The position numbers and the translations under genes are program-made. 64,000 nucleotides of DNA, taken from assembly GCA_039811685.1 (NCBI GenBank), contig JBDHZC010000006.1:64001-128000 (forward strand), written 5' to 3'. Shown here one piece after another: positions 1 to 8,997 of this stretch. This DNA is from Armatimonadota bacterium. GTDB lineage: Bacteria > Armatimonadota > UBA5829 > DSUL01. Each line of letters opens with the position of its first letter. The first letter of the stretch is position 1. The notes under the pieces are model-generated. The model ran no database searches and was not told the origin of the DNA. It saw only the letters and a list, made by a program, of their open reading frames with translations.

Positions 1-820
1 TTGCAGGAGCAAAGGGGTTATTCTCCTTCTCCTGACCAACTGTAGTTACAGGGCCGTGACCTGGAAGAATCAGCGTATCATCGGGAAGACTGAGAATCTT
101 GGTACGGATGTTTCGATGCAGGTCTTCGTAGGAAACTGCCGCTCCTCCAGCCGACCCGGCAAAAATCGCGTCACCAACCACAGCCAGCGCCGGTTCCGTG
201 TCGGAACGATTTACAACAAACGTCAGCCCCCCGGGGCTATGTCCTTCTGTTTCTCGAACTATAATGCTCAAAGACCCAATCTGAACACTGTCTCCGTCCT
301 TCACGAGCTGGGCGCCCGGGACTGGTTCTTTGGGGGATGCGAGAATCGTTGGGTGATAGTGACTTACGACATCGTCGAGTACAGCTACGTGATCGCCATG
401 CGTGTGCGTGAGCGCCAGGGTATCTACAGTCAATTTGTTAGCGTCCACAAGCTGCTGGATTGCCCCGAAATCAGTGCCTGTGTCGAACAGCACGGCCTTT
501 TCACTGGAAGGGCCCCAGACGAGAAAGGCGTTAACGTAAAAATCGGTGTAGGGTGAGGAAATAACGCGGACGGTCGGCCACAGAGCCGAGCTGTCAGGTG
601 AGTAGATGTCCCGGGCGATTTTGACGAGGTTTTCTCCTCGCAGTCCCAGCGCTCGGCCAATTCTGCCCAGTGCCTCCTCGTCTGGAGCAAACGCGTAGTC
701 CAGAAGCTGCTCAACCTGCTCTGTTGTCAGGCCGGCCCGGGCTGCCAGATCGGCCGCCGAAACCTTCTGTCCCCGCATCGCTTTTCCAACGACATCCCCC
801 AGCGCATCTTCAAGCGCCAT
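1..820 (-). CDS. MBL-fold metallo-hydrolase with N-terminal HTH-like domain (runs off left edge)
   Basis: Not in the ORF track; translated by hand: MALEDALGDVVGKAMRG...LFDTG...THTHGDH...EGHSPGG...VGDAIF...LPGHGPVTTVGQEKENNPF; GAGGAG RBS upstream. Confidence 0.9.
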   Translation of the reverse strand, partial: MALEDALGDVVGKAMRGQKVSAADLAARAGLTTEQVEQLLDYAFAPDEEALGRIGRALGLRGENLVKIARDIYSPDSSALWPTVRVISSPYTDFYVNAFLVWGPSSEKAVLFDTGTDFGAIQQLVDANKLTVDTLALTHTHGDHVAVLDDVVSHYHPTILASPKEPVPGAQLVKDGDSVQIGSLSIIVRETEGHSPGGLTFVVNRSDTEPALAVVGDAIFAGSAGGAAVSYEDLHRNIRTKILSLPDDTLILPGHGPVTTVGQEKENNPFAPA

Positions 821-869
821 CTTCTGCCCTCCTCAACGCTTACGCTTTTTGCGATCACAAAACTATATA

Positions 870-1079
870 GCACACAGGCGTTCCCAACGCAGGAGGCGCT
901 AGACGATACGAGCGCTCACGCTTTCATTCAACACGGAACAAAAAAGTATCTCCGTTTCGTAGAAAAGCGTGGAAGAGATTATTTGGAACCTTTTCTCCTT
1001 TCTGCTATCTGAGCACACGGAGCATCCAATGCATCCGTTTCAGAAGATTGCCCGCCGGATCTCCGGCGGGCTTTTTTTT
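870..1079 (+). ncRNA. Candidate small RNA with two similar hairpins (5' end approximate)
   Basis: Plus-strand terminator with no plus-strand CDS upstream; ACACGGA...TCCGTTTC occurs twice. Confidence 0.4.
1050..1079 (+). terminator. Intrinsic terminator
   Basis: GCCCGCCGG-ATCT-CCGGCGGGC followed by T8. Confidence 0.85.
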
Positions 1080-1145
1080 GTACGCAGGCAGCCGGGCGAA
1101 CCACAGATGGCGCGAAATGATCTTCGAAAAGGAGTAGCTGAGGGG

Positions 1146-1499
1146 TTACTCAGTGATACGTGAGAATTGCACGACAGTCACGATCTCAAGCGGCGTGATG
1201 GTGCGGTCGTAAAGCCGCTCGAGGAGTGTGATCAGGTCATCGATGTGGCGGAACTCCGGGTTCTCTTTCTCAATCTCTCGCCTGGTGAGGTCCTGAATCG
1301 GTTTGACAGCGACTTCATCGATGATCGCACAGAAGAGCTTCTGACGAGGGCCGTAACGCCGCCCCACCGTCACCCACACCAACTGCCCCGGCTCGTACTT
1401 GGCGGTCTTGTCTCCAAGGCGAATGGTCGCCGTTTTCCGTCCCTTTCGCAGGACGTCTCCGTAGAGCTCGGTGTAGAAATTGATAGCGTAATTGGGCAT
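1146..1499 (-). CDS. ASCH domain protein
   Basis: GRKTATIR matches the ASCH GxKxxxxR motif; 117 aa. Confidence 0.8.
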   Translation of the reverse strand: MPNYAINFYTELYGDVLRKGRKTATIRLGDKTAKYEPGQLVWVTVGRRYGPRQKLFCAIIDEVAVKPIQDLTRREIEKENPEFRHIDDLITLLERLYDRTITPLEIVTVVQFSRITE

Positions 1500-1536
1500 A
1501 AGAGTGTGCGGCCCTGACGTGCTCAGAGGTCGCAGG

Positions 1537-1566
1537 ATTGTAACCCTCAGCCGTACCGCCTGTCAA
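1537..1566 (-). promoter_or_regulatory. Sigma70-type promoter of ASCH gene
   Basis: TTGACA-18nt-TACAAT on minus strand. Confidence 0.65.
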
Positions 1567-1662
1567 GGAATTGCGCCGCGCCTGCGCCAACAGCGCGTAC
1601 AGCAATACGAAAACCGGAGAGCGAACCCAGCCTCAGCAGGCCTCAGTCTCCCAGAGCGTCTG

Positions 1663-2010
1663 TCAGCTTCTCGCTTCTACGAACTCTTTGAGTACGACGG
1701 CGGCATTGTGCTGGGTGTCTTTGGCGCCGTAGACGAAGGTCACATCGCCGTTTTGCACAAGCTTCGTCAGTTGCTCAACAGGGGCCTGATTGGCCTGCAA
1801 CTCACCGCGGTAGCGCGCGCGGAACTCCTCCCACTTTGCCGGATCGTGGTTGAACCATTTTCGCAACTCCGGCGTCGGTGCGACATCTTTGAGCCAGAGG
1901 TTGAGAGCAGCTTCTTCTTTGGTTATTCCGCGAGGCCAAAGCCGCTCAACAAGCACCCGGTAGCCATCAGTCAGCTCGGCTGTCTCATAGGCTCTTTTCA
2001 GTTTAATCAT
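1663..2010 (-). CDS. DUF488 (YeaO-like) protein
   Basis: IKLKRAYE...DGYRVLVERLWPRGI...WLKDVAPTPELRKWFNHDP...HNAAVVL. Confidence 0.9.
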   Translation of the reverse strand: MIKLKRAYETAELTDGYRVLVERLWPRGITKEEAALNLWLKDVAPTPELRKWFNHDPAKWEEFRARYRGELQANQAPVEQLTKLVQNGDVTFVYGAKDTQHNAAVVLKEFVEARS

Positions 2011-2350
2011 CTCTGAACGAGCTCCTGTCTGTGGAGATAGAGCTGAGTGTTAACTGGAAGTGCGACCTGCCATTCCAGTTAGTCAGCTTTTTTAGTTTTA
2101 TTTACCCATTTGCGCCTGGTCTGTCCTGTCTATAGAGACTGATCAGGAGCATCTGCAGTGGGCAGTCTTCCAGGCACTGGTAGCGTTCAATGCAGCATGC
2201 CCTATCGCTTGCTTGTAACTGCGGTAATAGCGTGTACAATGTTCAGAAGCAGGCGTTGCGATTTATCCACGCCTGTTGAGGTAGCTCCGAGCCGAGCCTG
2301 GTTGGAAAGGATAGAAGAAACTGGCTTTTGCAGGTTGGACATCAAAGGAT

Positions 2351-2941
2351 GTGGCGGTCTTTGACGTTGAAGACTTTCAGGAGAGAATGAACCTGATTCG
2401 CTCTACCATCACGCCGCGTTTGGCGATGCTGGCCGACGACCTGCAACCGTACCTGAGAGATAAGCCTTTTGATCTGTATCCGCACGTCGCGCGTCATCTG
2501 CGCCGCCGCACGAACCCACCCGATGAGACCTGGGTGGCTTTTTCCCGTGACAGACGCGCGTATAAGAAGTACGCGCACCTGCTGGCCGGTATATCTGGCC
2601 GGGGGCCTTTTGCCCGGCTGGTGATAAAGACTGACGGCATAGATTTCGCCAACCTGCAGGCCCACTCAAGAGACACTGAGATGATTCAGCGCACTGTTTC
2701 TAATATGCAGGACAAAACAGCAGAATTCGGCTTTGAGCTTGAAAGATTCGATGGGGCAAGCTGGGTCCCTGTAAAAATGGCGGATATCTCCGCTGCATGG
2801 GCTGCCGGAACAAATGATTTTGCTCTCGGCGCCCACTTCACCACGGCCGATGCCGCAGAAGGCTCGCTTTTCGTTCGCAAAGTTGCGGATATGTTTGACG
2901 TTCTTACACCGTTTTATGAGATTGGAGCTCAGATGAGCTGA
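2351..2941 (+). CDS. DUF1054 / YktB-like protein
   Basis: YPHVARHLRRRTNPPDETWVAF...RAYKKYAH. Confidence 0.75.
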   Translation: MAVFDVEDFQERMNLIRSTITPRLAMLADDLQPYLRDKPFDLYPHVARHLRRRTNPPDETWVAFSRDRRAYKKYAHLLAGISGRGPFARLVIKTDGIDFANLQAHSRDTEMIQRTVSNMQDKTAEFGFELERFDGASWVPVKMADISAAWAAGTNDFALGAHFTTADAAEGSLFVRKVADMFDVLTPFYEIGAQMS

Positions 2942-2990
2942 TCTGGACTTTTGCGGATTATGCAGTCCACGGCCAGCGACCTGGAACACT

Positions 2991-4091
2991 ATGGGAACAG
3001 CACTTATCCAACAGATTCTTCCGGACGAATACGCGAACATGACCGATGAGGAGGCTGATGAGCGTATCCGGCTGGCCGACACCCTGCTTGGTGACCGGCT
3101 GGTCATTCTCGGTCACCACTACCAGGTAGATGAAATAATCAAGTTCGCGGACTACACGGGCGATTCGTTCAAACTGAGCCAAGAGTCCGCCGCGCGCACA
3201 GACGCTGAGTTTGTCGTCTTCTGCGGCGTCCACTTTATGGCGGAGAGCGCGGACATCCTGGGAGGGGAGCACCAGCACGTCATACTTCCGAACCTGACTG
3301 CGGGCTGTTCTATGGCCGACATGGTCAACCTGGAGCAGGTGGGCGACCTGTGGGACACGCTGGAGGAGGTGACAGACGCCCGTTGCGTCCCTGTCACCTA
3401 CATGAACTCCTCTGCTGCCATCAAAGCGTTTTGCGGCGAATACGATGGCTCAGTGTGCACGTCTTCCAACTGCGCCAAAGTCTTTGAATGGGCGCTGACA
3501 CAGGGCGATAAGATCATTTTCTTCCCGGATGAGCACCTCGGAAGAAACACGGCTCTTGCGATGGGCTTCAGCGAGGATGATCTGATGGTGTGGAATCCTC
3601 TGATTCCACCCGAAGACAACGACCTGGAGAAGCTGAAGCGATGCAAGTTTATTCTGTGGAAGGGATGGTGCTCTGTACACGGACGATTCAGCGTGGAGCA
3701 GATTGAGCTGGCGCGAAGAGACTTCCCCGACATCACGGTCATTGTGCATCCGGAATGCCGGCATGAGGTTGTCGCCAAGGCTGACGGCTTTGGCTCTACG
3801 GCCTACATTGTGAAAAGAGTCAACGAGGCCGCTCCAGGTACCGCGTGGGCAATCGGCACTGAAATCAACCTGGTGAGCAGGCTGGCAAAGCAGCATCCTG
3901 ACAAGACCATCTTCTGTCTGGACCCCATTGTCTGTCCGTGCTCCACGATGTATAGAATCCAGCCGCAGTATCTGGCGTGGGCGCTGGAAAATCTCTTGCA
4001 GGGCAATATCGTCAACGAAATCAAAGTCCCGGAACGGGAGAAGCAATTCGCCCGTAAGGCCCTCGATAGAATGCTGAGTCTGGCCAGCTAA
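2991..4091 (+). CDS. nadA: Quinolinate synthase
   Basis: ILGHHYQ, GDSFKLS, FCGVHFMAE, AGCSMAD, YMNSSA, CTSSN, CSVH, VHPEC, CPCSTM. Confidence 0.97.
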   Translation: MGTALIQQILPDEYANMTDEEADERIRLADTLLGDRLVILGHHYQVDEIIKFADYTGDSFKLSQESAARTDAEFVVFCGVHFMAESADILGGEHQHVILPNLTAGCSMADMVNLEQVGDLWDTLEEVTDARCVPVTYMNSSAAIKAFCGEYDGSVCTSSNCAKVFEWALTQGDKIIFFPDEHLGRNTALAMGFSEDDLMVWNPLIPPEDNDLEKLKRCKFILWKGWCSVHGRFSVEQIELARRDFPDITVIVHPECRHEVVAKADGFGSTAYIVKRVNEAAPGTAWAIGTEINLVSRLAKQHPDKTIFCLDPIVCPCSTMYRIQPQYLAWALENLLQGNIVNEIKVPEREKQFARKALDRMLSLAS

Positions 4092-4559
4092 ACCGAACTG
4101 CAGGGCCGGCAAGCGCTTCTCCGTTTTTTCCGCAAGCATAGCCGGCCCATTTTTTGACACACTTCACAGCCTGGAACCGGCTGTCTTCCGGCCTGAGTAA
4201 ACGCGGGCAAACTCCTGACATTAGAGCGTGAGCGCCAGGCAGCACACGCGTCTTTGTAACCTTCCATCGGCGTACGTTCGCAGATTGGGAACGCTCCTGG
4301 GCAGCCACGAGTCAAATACTCAAAGTTGAGACTTACGGCCTGATCCATAAAGCCAGCGCACAGAAATGTGCGACAACTGTCTAAATTCGCAACGCCGCGT
4401 ATGATATTATGGAAGATAGAGACTGATCTTTTCTCCAACATCGGGCCCGCATTTGCCGAGCCTGTGCATCGCCTGCGCGTAAATCCTGCGGGCCACATCC
4501 GTCTATCTGGGCGGCAAGTAAGCCTTCGATGTGGGGCCGCTTTGACGCAGGATGATTCT

Positions 4560-7500
4560 GTGACGCCAAAACCCGGAGCATTGACTGGATTTCTCGTTGT
4601 CCTTGGCACTGCGCTCTTGTGTACGCGCGCCATCGCCCTGCCCGTTCTACTAAAGAGCGGAGCATTTGACCCTGCGCGCTCATCCGTCCATCTGCAATCA
4701 ACTCCCACCGACAGCTACTACCTGGTGCAGTTCTCATCGGCGCCTGGAGCTGCTGAGCGTCAGGCCCTTGAAGAAGCGGACGCGACGATTCTCGGCTACA
4801 TCCCGGAGAACTGCTATCTTGTTCAGGCGCAGCCGCAGGCGATGCTGGCTGCCGGACAGATACCGGGTGTCGTCTGGACCGGGCCTTACGCCAGCGCGTA
4901 TCGGATTGCGCCGTCCGTGCCCAACACAGATGCGCCCGTTCATATATCCGTCACGACCTTCCCGGGTGTCAGCGTCAAGAAGCTGATTGCTCAGATGGGG
5001 CTCTCGAGGGAATCGCTCATCGCTTTGTCAGCGTCTGACAGCGGGGACATTTTTTCCGTGAAAGCGACGGGGGCTCAAGCTCATGCCTGGACTCGCCTTG
5101 CGGGGGTGCGTTGGATACAACCGCGCATTCAACCAAAGCTGGCAAACGACATCGCCCGCGGCATTATGAATGTGAACCCGGTCTGGACCGATGTCGGCCT
5201 CTACGGGCAGGGGCAGACGGTGGCAGTATGCGACACCGGCCTTGACGTCGGGGCGACCAGTCCATTGCTGGATATAGACTTTCAGGGCCGTGTGAGCGCT
5301 GCGTTTGCCCTTGGGCGCACGGGACTCACTGACGATCCTCATGGGCATGGCACACATGTCAGCGGGTCAGTTCTCGGGAATGGGAAGCTCAGCGGATCTG
5401 ACCCTTCGACTCACAGCTATCTAAACTCTTACGCAGGAGTGGCGCCAGAAGCAAATCTGATTATGCAGAGCGTGCTGGACGCCAATGGCAATCTCGGTGG
5501 GCTTCCAGCAAATCTCGCGACACTGTTCACACAAGCCTATCAGGCCGGTGCGCGTGTGCACACAAATAGTTGGGGCGCAACAGTGGCGGGCGTCTATGAT
5601 ACTGACGCCAGTCAGGTCGATCAGTTTGTCTGGTCACATCCGGATGCAGTTGTGCTGTTTGCGGCGGGCAATGACGGCGTGGACGCTGACAGTAACGGTG
5701 TTATTGATCCGCAGTCGGTCGGTTCTCCAGGCACCGCCAAGAACTGTATCACTGTGGGCGCAACAGAGTCCGTTCGGTCGTCAGGCGGATATCAGTTTCA
5801 ATGGGGGACTGGTTCCTGGGCCAGCAATTACCCAGCTCCGCCCATCAAGAACGACCTGATCTCAGACAACAGTTTTGGCATGGCAGCTTTCTCCAGCCGC
5901 GGGCCGTGCGAAGATGGGCGAATCAAGCCCGATATTTGCGCCCCAGGCACGAATATCCTGTCTGTGCGCAGTCACAATCCTGCGGCTGGTACAGGCTGGG
6001 GCTCGTACAACGCAGACTATGTGTACATGGGCGGAACGAGCATGGCCACTCCTCTGGCGGCGGGAGCGACGGCGTTGCTGCGGCAATATTTCCAGCAGGT
6101 GAAGGGCATTGACCCTTCCGCCGCCCTGATCAAAGCAACTCTTCTGGTAAGCGCCCGGGACCTGACTCCTGGACAGTATGGCGCCGGCTCATCTCTTGAG
6201 ATTCCTGCCCGACCGAACAACGTCGAAGGCTGGGGACGGGTGGACCTGCAGGCGGCTGTCAACCCCGCACCACCGAATACCCTGCAGCTTGAAGACTACA
6301 AAGCCGGTTTACAGACCGGGGAGATCCGCTCTTTCTCTTTCAGGATCGTTACCGCAGGCGTGCCGCTTCGTATCGCCCTGGCGTGGACGGACTATCCCGG
6401 TGACGTGTCTGCATCCAAAGCCCTTGTGAACGACCTGGATCTACAGGTACACGCGCCGAGCGGCCAGGTCTTTGCGGGCAACGGAACGTCAGACCACGCC
6501 AACAACGTGGAAAGCGTGGACATCGCCTCACCTGAGATCGGCACGTACACGGTGACCGTCAGCGGCTACAGCGTTCCGCACGGACCACAGCCCTTTGCCC
6601 TGGTAGCTCAGGGGGGGCTTCCAAATGCCGCACTCTCCGGACATATTACGTCAACATCTGGCACACCAATCCCCAACGCTGCTATTACCGCAACTTCCCT
6701 CAGCGCGGTCTTCACAGCCTCTTCCAGACCGGATGGCAGTTATGACATCGCTGTCATTCCGGACGATTACAGCGTGGAGGTGTCTAAGAATGGCTGGAGT
6801 TTCAATCCGGTATCGCATAGCGTGACAGTACCTGCCGAAGGCGCCGGGAATGTAGATTTTGTAGGGACAGCCTCTCCCGCCTCCATAAGCGGCTCTGTTT
6901 TTGGCGCCCAGACACAACAGGGCTCCGGAACGTGGCAGTCTGTGCACCCCTATCTTAATAACACAAACGACTCCGTCACAATCTCCGGACCAGCCAATGC
7001 TGTGCGCATGCGGGTGCATTTTGCCCAGATGGCGACAGAGAGCGGGTACGACTTTGTAACGATCAGCGACAGCGATGGCGGAAGCGCGACGAGCTATTCC
7101 GGCAATAACAATGACTTCTGGAGTCCCTGGATAGACGGAAACGCAGTGCGGGTGAATCTTTCATCAGACGTCAGCGTGACGCGGTATGGCTGGCTGATAG
7201 ATGCGTTCCAGGCCACCATTCCAGGTTCGCCGATGACAGGCGTCACAGTTACAGACAGTCTCTCCGGCATCTCGAGCGTCAGCGGCCTCGACGGTTCCTA
7301 CGTATTTCCCAGCGTGCAGCCGCTGCCGACGACCCTTTCAGCTTCGATTGCCGAGCACGTAATAAAGCCGTCACAACGCGACATTGCGCCGACACCGGGG
7401 CAGAGCGTGCAGGGTCAGGATTTTGTGGCTATACCAGAGGTTCCGGTCATCCACGTCAAACTGACTCACAGCTACCCGGGAGACCTGGTTATCAAGACCG

Positions 7501-8408
7501 GTGTTGGAACCGTCGCCAACCCGGTTCTGATACGCACTATCTGGAATCGCCAAACTGCGAGCAATCCGACCCTGACCCTCGATATTCCTGTGGATGAAGG
7601 CAATCCCTACTTTCCGCCGAGCGCCGCCCATCCCTGGTTCCTTCAGATCTGTGATCAGTCTGCCTATGACCAGGGCACACTGCTGGAGTTTTCGATAAGC
7701 AGGAACGGGCGAACGTACGGTTCCTTCCAGACTCCCGCGGCGATAAACGATCTGACCTGTGTGACGGTGAGCGTTCCCTCCCAGACTCCGATTCGAATAG
7801 GCGACGCAAAACAGCTTGCCAACAACACCAGTTGCCTGCTGATGGACAAGATAGTGACGGCCGTGTTCGCCGATCGCATATACGTGCAGGAATCGGATCG
7901 CTCTTCCGCTATCTGTGTGCCAGGAGTCTTTGGAGTCACTGCGGGAGACTGCGTTTCTGTACTGGGCGCAGTTGATCTGATGGGGTGCGAGCGGATTGTA
8001 AATGCGGCTCAGGTGCAGAAGACGGCGCAGGGATCCTGGCCGGTGCGCCCGCTGTTCATCGGAGGCAGGAATGTGGGTGGTGAGCCGCTGTCACCCGTGA
8101 CTCCAGGCTTTGCAGATTCAATTGACCTCAACAACATAGGGTTGCTGGTCACTGTGTCCGGCACGGTACGAAAAACTGATGCAGGCTGGTTCTATGTGGA
8201 TGATGGAACTGCGGCGCCAGACGGCAGCGGGTACGGCGGCATACGCGTGGCCGCCGATGTGCTACAGATACCTCAGACTGGAGCGTTTGTTACCGTGACA
8301 GGAATCTCCAACTGCAGAGACTCTGGCTTTGGCGCAGCGCGCATCATCTATCCAAGATCGCAGGAGGACATTGTAGTTCTCCATGACGCACCCTCACCGC
8401 AACCGTAG
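4560..8408 (+). CDS. Secreted S8 subtilase (KP-43-like) with PPC, carboxypeptidase-regulatory-like, CUB-like and P-like domains plus the shared C-terminal domain
   Basis: Triad DTG, HGHGTHVSG, GTSMATP; FAAGNDG, PGTAKNCITVGA, SSRGP.EDGRIKPD; GTG at 4560 gives a signal peptide (ORF is open from 4368). Confidence 0.92.
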   Translation: MTPKPGALTGFLVVLGTALLCTRAIALPVLLKSGAFDPARSSVHLQSTPTDSYYLVQFSSAPGAAERQALEEADATILGYIPENCYLVQAQPQAMLAAGQIPGVVWTGPYASAYRIAPSVPNTDAPVHISVTTFPGVSVKKLIAQMGLSRESLIALSASDSGDIFSVKATGAQAHAWTRLAGVRWIQPRIQPKLANDIARGIMNVNPVWTDVGLYGQGQTVAVCDTGLDVGATSPLLDIDFQGRVSAAFALGRTGLTDDPHGHGTHVSGSVLGNGKLSGSDPSTHSYLNSYAGVAPEANLIMQSVLDANGNLGGLPANLATLFTQAYQAGARVHTNSWGATVAGVYDTDASQVDQFVWSHPDAVVLFAAGNDGVDADSNGVIDPQSVGSPGTAKNCITVGATESVRSSGGYQFQWGTGSWASNYPAPPIKNDLISDNSFGMAAFSSRGPCEDGRIKPDICAPGTNILSVRSHNPAAGTGWGSYNADYVYMGGTSMATPLAAGATALLRQYFQQVKGIDPSAALIKATLLVSARDLTPGQYGAGSSLEIPARPNNVEGWGRVDLQAAVNPAPPNTLQLEDYKAGLQTGEIRSFSFRIVTAGVPLRIALAWTDYPGDVSASKALVNDLDLQVHAPSGQVFAGNGTSDHANNVESVDIASPEIGTYTVTVSGYSVPHGPQPFALVAQGGLPNAALSGHITSTSGTPIPNAAITATSLSAVFTASSRPDGSYDIAVIPDDYSVEVSKNGWSFNPVSHSVTVPAEGAGNVDFVGTASPASISGSVFGAQTQQGSGTWQSVHPYLNNTNDSVTISGPANAVRMRVHFAQMATESGYDFVTISDSDGGSATSYSGNNNDFWSPWIDGNAVRVNLSSDVSVTRYGWLIDAFQATIPGSPMTGVTVTDSLSGISSVSGLDGSYVFPSVQPLPTTLSASIAEHVIKPSQRDIAPTPGQSVQGQDFVAIPEVPVIHVKLTHSYPGDLVIKTGVGTVANPVLIRTIWNRQTASNPTLTLDIPVDEGNPYFPPSAAHPWFLQICDQSAYDQGTLLEFSISRNGRTYGSFQTPAAINDLTCVTVSVPSQTPIRIGDAKQLANNTSCLLMDKIVTAVFADRIYVQESDRSSAICVPGVFGVTAGDCVSVLGAVDLMGCERIVNAAQVQKTAQGSWPVRPLFIGGRNVGGEPLSPVTPGFADSIDLNNIGLLVTVSGTVRKTDAGWFYVDDGTAAPDGSGYGGIRVAADVLQIPQTGAFVTVTGISNCRDSGFGAARIIYPRSQEDIVVLHDAPSPQP

Positions 8409-8448
8409 TGGACTGATCTGGATTTACGACACTGGCGTGAGCGCATCC

Positions 8449-8997
8449 CTAGAGCAACATCGCAGCGGCAATTACAAACGCTGCTGACCAGATCGCCACT
8501 GCAAGCTCTCGCAGGATGAGATGCGGCCAGCAGAGAACCGTTCCGGGCCCCTGGCATGGCCATCTGTGCGGAGCGGTATCGGAAGCCGCCACCTCACTAT
8601 ACTCACGCTCACGAGACCAACCCGGGTCTAAAGGAGCAGCCCTGCCCGGGCCAAAGATGAGCCAGACCGCAGACCCAACGGCCCCAGTAGCGACCGACAG
8701 CAGCAGCAGGCGCAGGCCAACGTGCGCTTGGGACGTCCACCTTAGAGCAAAACCCAGCAGTGCGGCGGCTGCAGCGCCTTTCCACATTCCAGCCAGAGCG
8801 TGATTCCAAAGATTCCTGGACAAAACTCGCAGCGGCCACACTCTATAGAATCCATTTACCAGCACAAACTCAGCCTTCTCGCGTTCATTGCGCGGAACGA
8901 AGAATCCCCTGTTTCGCAGAGCTTTTCGCATGCGCGCGATCTTTCCAGCCAGCCCGGGAGCCACCGCCGGGTCGATACCTGCGGGCAGTGGTTTCAT
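8449..8997 (-). CDS. Hypothetical membrane protein
   Basis: ATGA overlap with the upstream stop at 8994-8997; three hydrophobic segments. Confidence 0.6.
   Translation of the reverse strand: MKPLPAGIDPAVAPGLAGKIARMRKALRNRGFFVPRNEREKAEFVLVNGFYRVWPLRVLSRNLWNHALAGMWKGAAAAALLGFALRWTSQAHVGLRLLLLSVATGAVGSAVWLIFGPGRAAPLDPGWSREREYSEVAASDTAPHRWPCQGPGTVLCWPHLILRELAVAIWSAAFVIAAAMLL

Noticed and set aside
56..556. 166-aa plus-strand ORF
   Set aside because: Shadow of the minus-strand MBL hydrolase.
969..1163. 64-aa plus-strand ORF
   Set aside because: It reads through a strong terminator, has no clear RBS and overlaps the ASCH gene end.
2263..2271. DnaA-box-like TTATCCACG as oriC
   Set aside because: A single imperfect box with no cluster.
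4088..4708. Cys-rich minus-strand ORF between nadA and the S8 gene
   Set aside because: No RBS or family motif, and it overlaps the S8 gene. A short gene in 4088-4348 cannot be fully excluded.
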